The position numbers and the translations under genes were made by a program. Positions 62,395-64,000 of a DNA stretch of 64,000 nucleotides are shown here, piece by piece. The stretch is from an uncultured Nitrososphaerota archaeon (lineage in GTDB: Archaea > Thermoproteota > Nitrososphaeria > Nitrososphaerales > Nitrosopumilaceae), in NCBI GenBank assembly GCA_963824385.1, contig CAWGPD010000001.1:192001-256000 (forward strand). The letters are read 5' to 3'. Numbering within the stretch: the first letter of the stretch is position 1; each line of letters starts with the position of its first letter. Below the pieces are notes generated by a model that worked only from the letters and a program-made list of their open reading frames with translations, ran no database searches and was not told where the DNA came from.

Positions 62395-62999
62395 GGTAGT
62401 TCTGCCTTGCGTCCAAATTTGCCTTCCATCACTATTTCTGATAATGGCTTTCTTGTATTTGGTATTTCACGCACCTGTAGTTCTGGCGATAGTTTTTCCT
62501 TGGGTCCTCTTTTTCCAATTGCAACCATTGCAACTACATCATAATCATCAGGCACTGCCAAATCCTTTCTTGCTTTTTCATAATCAAATCCTGCCATTGC
62601 ATGAGTGATCAGTCCTTGTGAAACTGCCTGTAATGCAAGATTTTCACATGCAGCGCCTGTATCAAATTGGTGCGTTATAGACGGCTTTTCATTATTCTCA
62701 AAGTTTTTCCTAGAAACTATAACAACTAGAGCAAAAGCATCAGCACACCACTGTTTATTAAAATCTACAAGAAGATTGAAAAAAACGTTCCAGTTTTTTG
62801 AGTTTCTCTTTGCATAGATAAATCTCCATGGCTGACTGTTAGAAGATGATGGTGCCCATCGTGCAGCTTCAAAAAGAGAAAATAGTTCTTTATCACTAAT
62901 TTCTTCACTTACAAATGATCTTGGAGACCACCTGTTTACTATTAGTGGATTAATTTCATATGTTGTACTTCGTGTTTTCCCAACCTCGAGGTCTATCAT
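62391..62999 (-). CDS. Nitroreductase family protein
   Basis: RWSPRSF; EAARWAPSS.NSQPWRF; FDTGAA; HAMAGFD. Confidence 0.9.
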   Translation of the reverse strand: MIDLEVGKTRSTTYEINPLIVNRWSPRSFVSEEISDKELFSLFEAARWAPSSSNSQPWRFIYAKRNSKNWNVFFNLLVDFNKQWCADAFALVVIVSRKNFENNEKPSITHQFDTGAACENLALQAVSQGLITHAMAGFDYEKARKDLAVPDDYDVVAMVAIGKRGPKEKLSPELQVREIPNTRKPLSEIVMEGKFGRKAELP

Positions 63000-63131
63000 A
63001 AATAGTGCACATGGTCTTTGATACTTAAGGTTAACAGTACGTTTCTAACAATCTATCAAATCAGAGTTTTATAGGTTAAAGATTTTTTTATAATTACACC
63101 AGATCAGAGATAGAAAAAATAGATTATTGTA

Positions 63132-63758
63132 TTATTTTTTCATGTTATCAATATAAGAAAACACAGGTCTAAGATATCTACTTGAAGCAATTACAGCACA
63201 TGCAATACCAGTTCCAAGAAGTATGCCGCCTACTACATCTAGTGGATAATGAACCCCCACGTATATTCTAGAATATGATACCAGTAATGCCTCAATTCCA
63301 AGAATTATTGAAAATACAATCTGTTTTCCTTTATTAAATCTCAAGAGAAGTATAGCAGCTCCTGCTGAAACAATTACAGCATGACCCGAAGGAAAAGATG
63401 GGTCAGATTCACTGCGTACCAGTAAATTCTCACTAGATGGCCTGGTTCTGTCTATTTCATTTTTAAGCACAGTGCCTAGTGGAATTAATATCAGAAAGGC
63501 TATTGTAAGCAATACTGCTGTTTTTCGACCGTCTTTTTTACCCAGTACTGCAAGTAAAATAATTACAGATATCCATACTACTTCTCTGCCATATTTTGTA
63601 AAATCAACCATTATTTTACTGAAAGTTTTGCCATGAGGATTGTTTATAGATTGAAATGAAGAAGCGTCCCATTTTGTAATCTCACTATTACTAGAGATCA
63701 GAAAAGATAGAATTACAAAACCTGCAAGCAATATTGCAGACACTACAACATACTTCAT
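63132..63758 (-). CDS. PAP2 family membrane phosphatase
   Basis: K....RTRP; SFPSGH; SRIYVGVHYPLDVVGG. Confidence 0.9.
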   Translation of the reverse strand: MKYVVVSAILLAGFVILSFLISSNSEITKWDASSFQSINNPHGKTFSKIMVDFTKYGREVVWISVIILLAVLGKKDGRKTAVLLTIAFLILIPLGTVLKNEIDRTRPSSENLLVRSESDPSFPSGHAVIVSAGAAILLLRFNKGKQIVFSIILGIEALLVSYSRIYVGVHYPLDVVGGILLGTGIACAVIASSRYLRPVFSYIDNMKK

Positions 63759-63803
63759 ACATTATAATGAAAATGGCGGGTGGTATAAAATAGATTACAT
63801 CAC

Positions 63804-63950
63804 TCATTTGCCAAGACAAAGATCATGTACTTGATCGTCACTTTCCCTGCGACAAGACTTGCAGTAAAACTTGTATGGCTTGTTACATACAAGACAAGTC
63901 TTCAGGGATTGAAGTTCATACCCACAGTAACGACATGCATCAATTCTCAT
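63804..63950 (-). CDS. 48-aa double zinc-ribbon microprotein
   Basis: Not in ORF track; MRIDACRYCGYELQSLKTCLVCNKPYKFYCKSCRRESDDQVHDLCLGK. Confidence 0.7.
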   Translation of the reverse strand: MRIDACRYCGYELQSLKTCLVCNKPYKFYCKSCRRESDDQVHDLCLGK

Positions 63951-64000
63951 TTTCGGACAAACTTGGAAATTAAAATATTTAACAATTCTACAAGATTTCA

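Overview
AT-rich archaeal chromosomal window, most consistent with an ammonia-oxidising Nitrososphaerota (Thaumarchaeota), possibly Nitrosotalea-like. This is inferred from archaeal EF-2/TBP/TFB, PEFG-CTERM surface proteins, futalosine-pathway mqnD/mqnE and fixABC(X). It has three zones. (1) About 1-7 kb is accessory: zinc-finger microproteins, degenerate nuclease-fold proteins and a 17-bp promoter repeated three times. (2) About 7-42 kb is housekeeping/metabolic: EF-2, mqnD/E, TFB, TBP, a SagB-type dehydrogenase, a secreted tandem-repeat protein, a solute symporter, msrA, fixABCX, an atypical proteasome beta/alpha pair, a NiCoT permease and a strongly structured ncRNA candidate. (3) About 42.6-58.9 kb is a copper-handling island: a CopC-CopD-Ig-propeller fusion, a YHS-CopA P1B ATPase, a YHS protein, His1/Met-rich surface proteins, a membrane protein plus wHTH regulator, and a 35-aa metallothionein-like ORF missed by the ORF track whose Cys spacing matches the vertebrate beta domain. 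A recurring TGGTACA(-N9-TRTACCA) motif sits at a near-constant distance upstream of many island genes. Many genes, including EF-2, carry single-base frameshifts, most likely assembly/sequencing errors. No rRNA, tRNA, CRISPR array or transposase was recognised.
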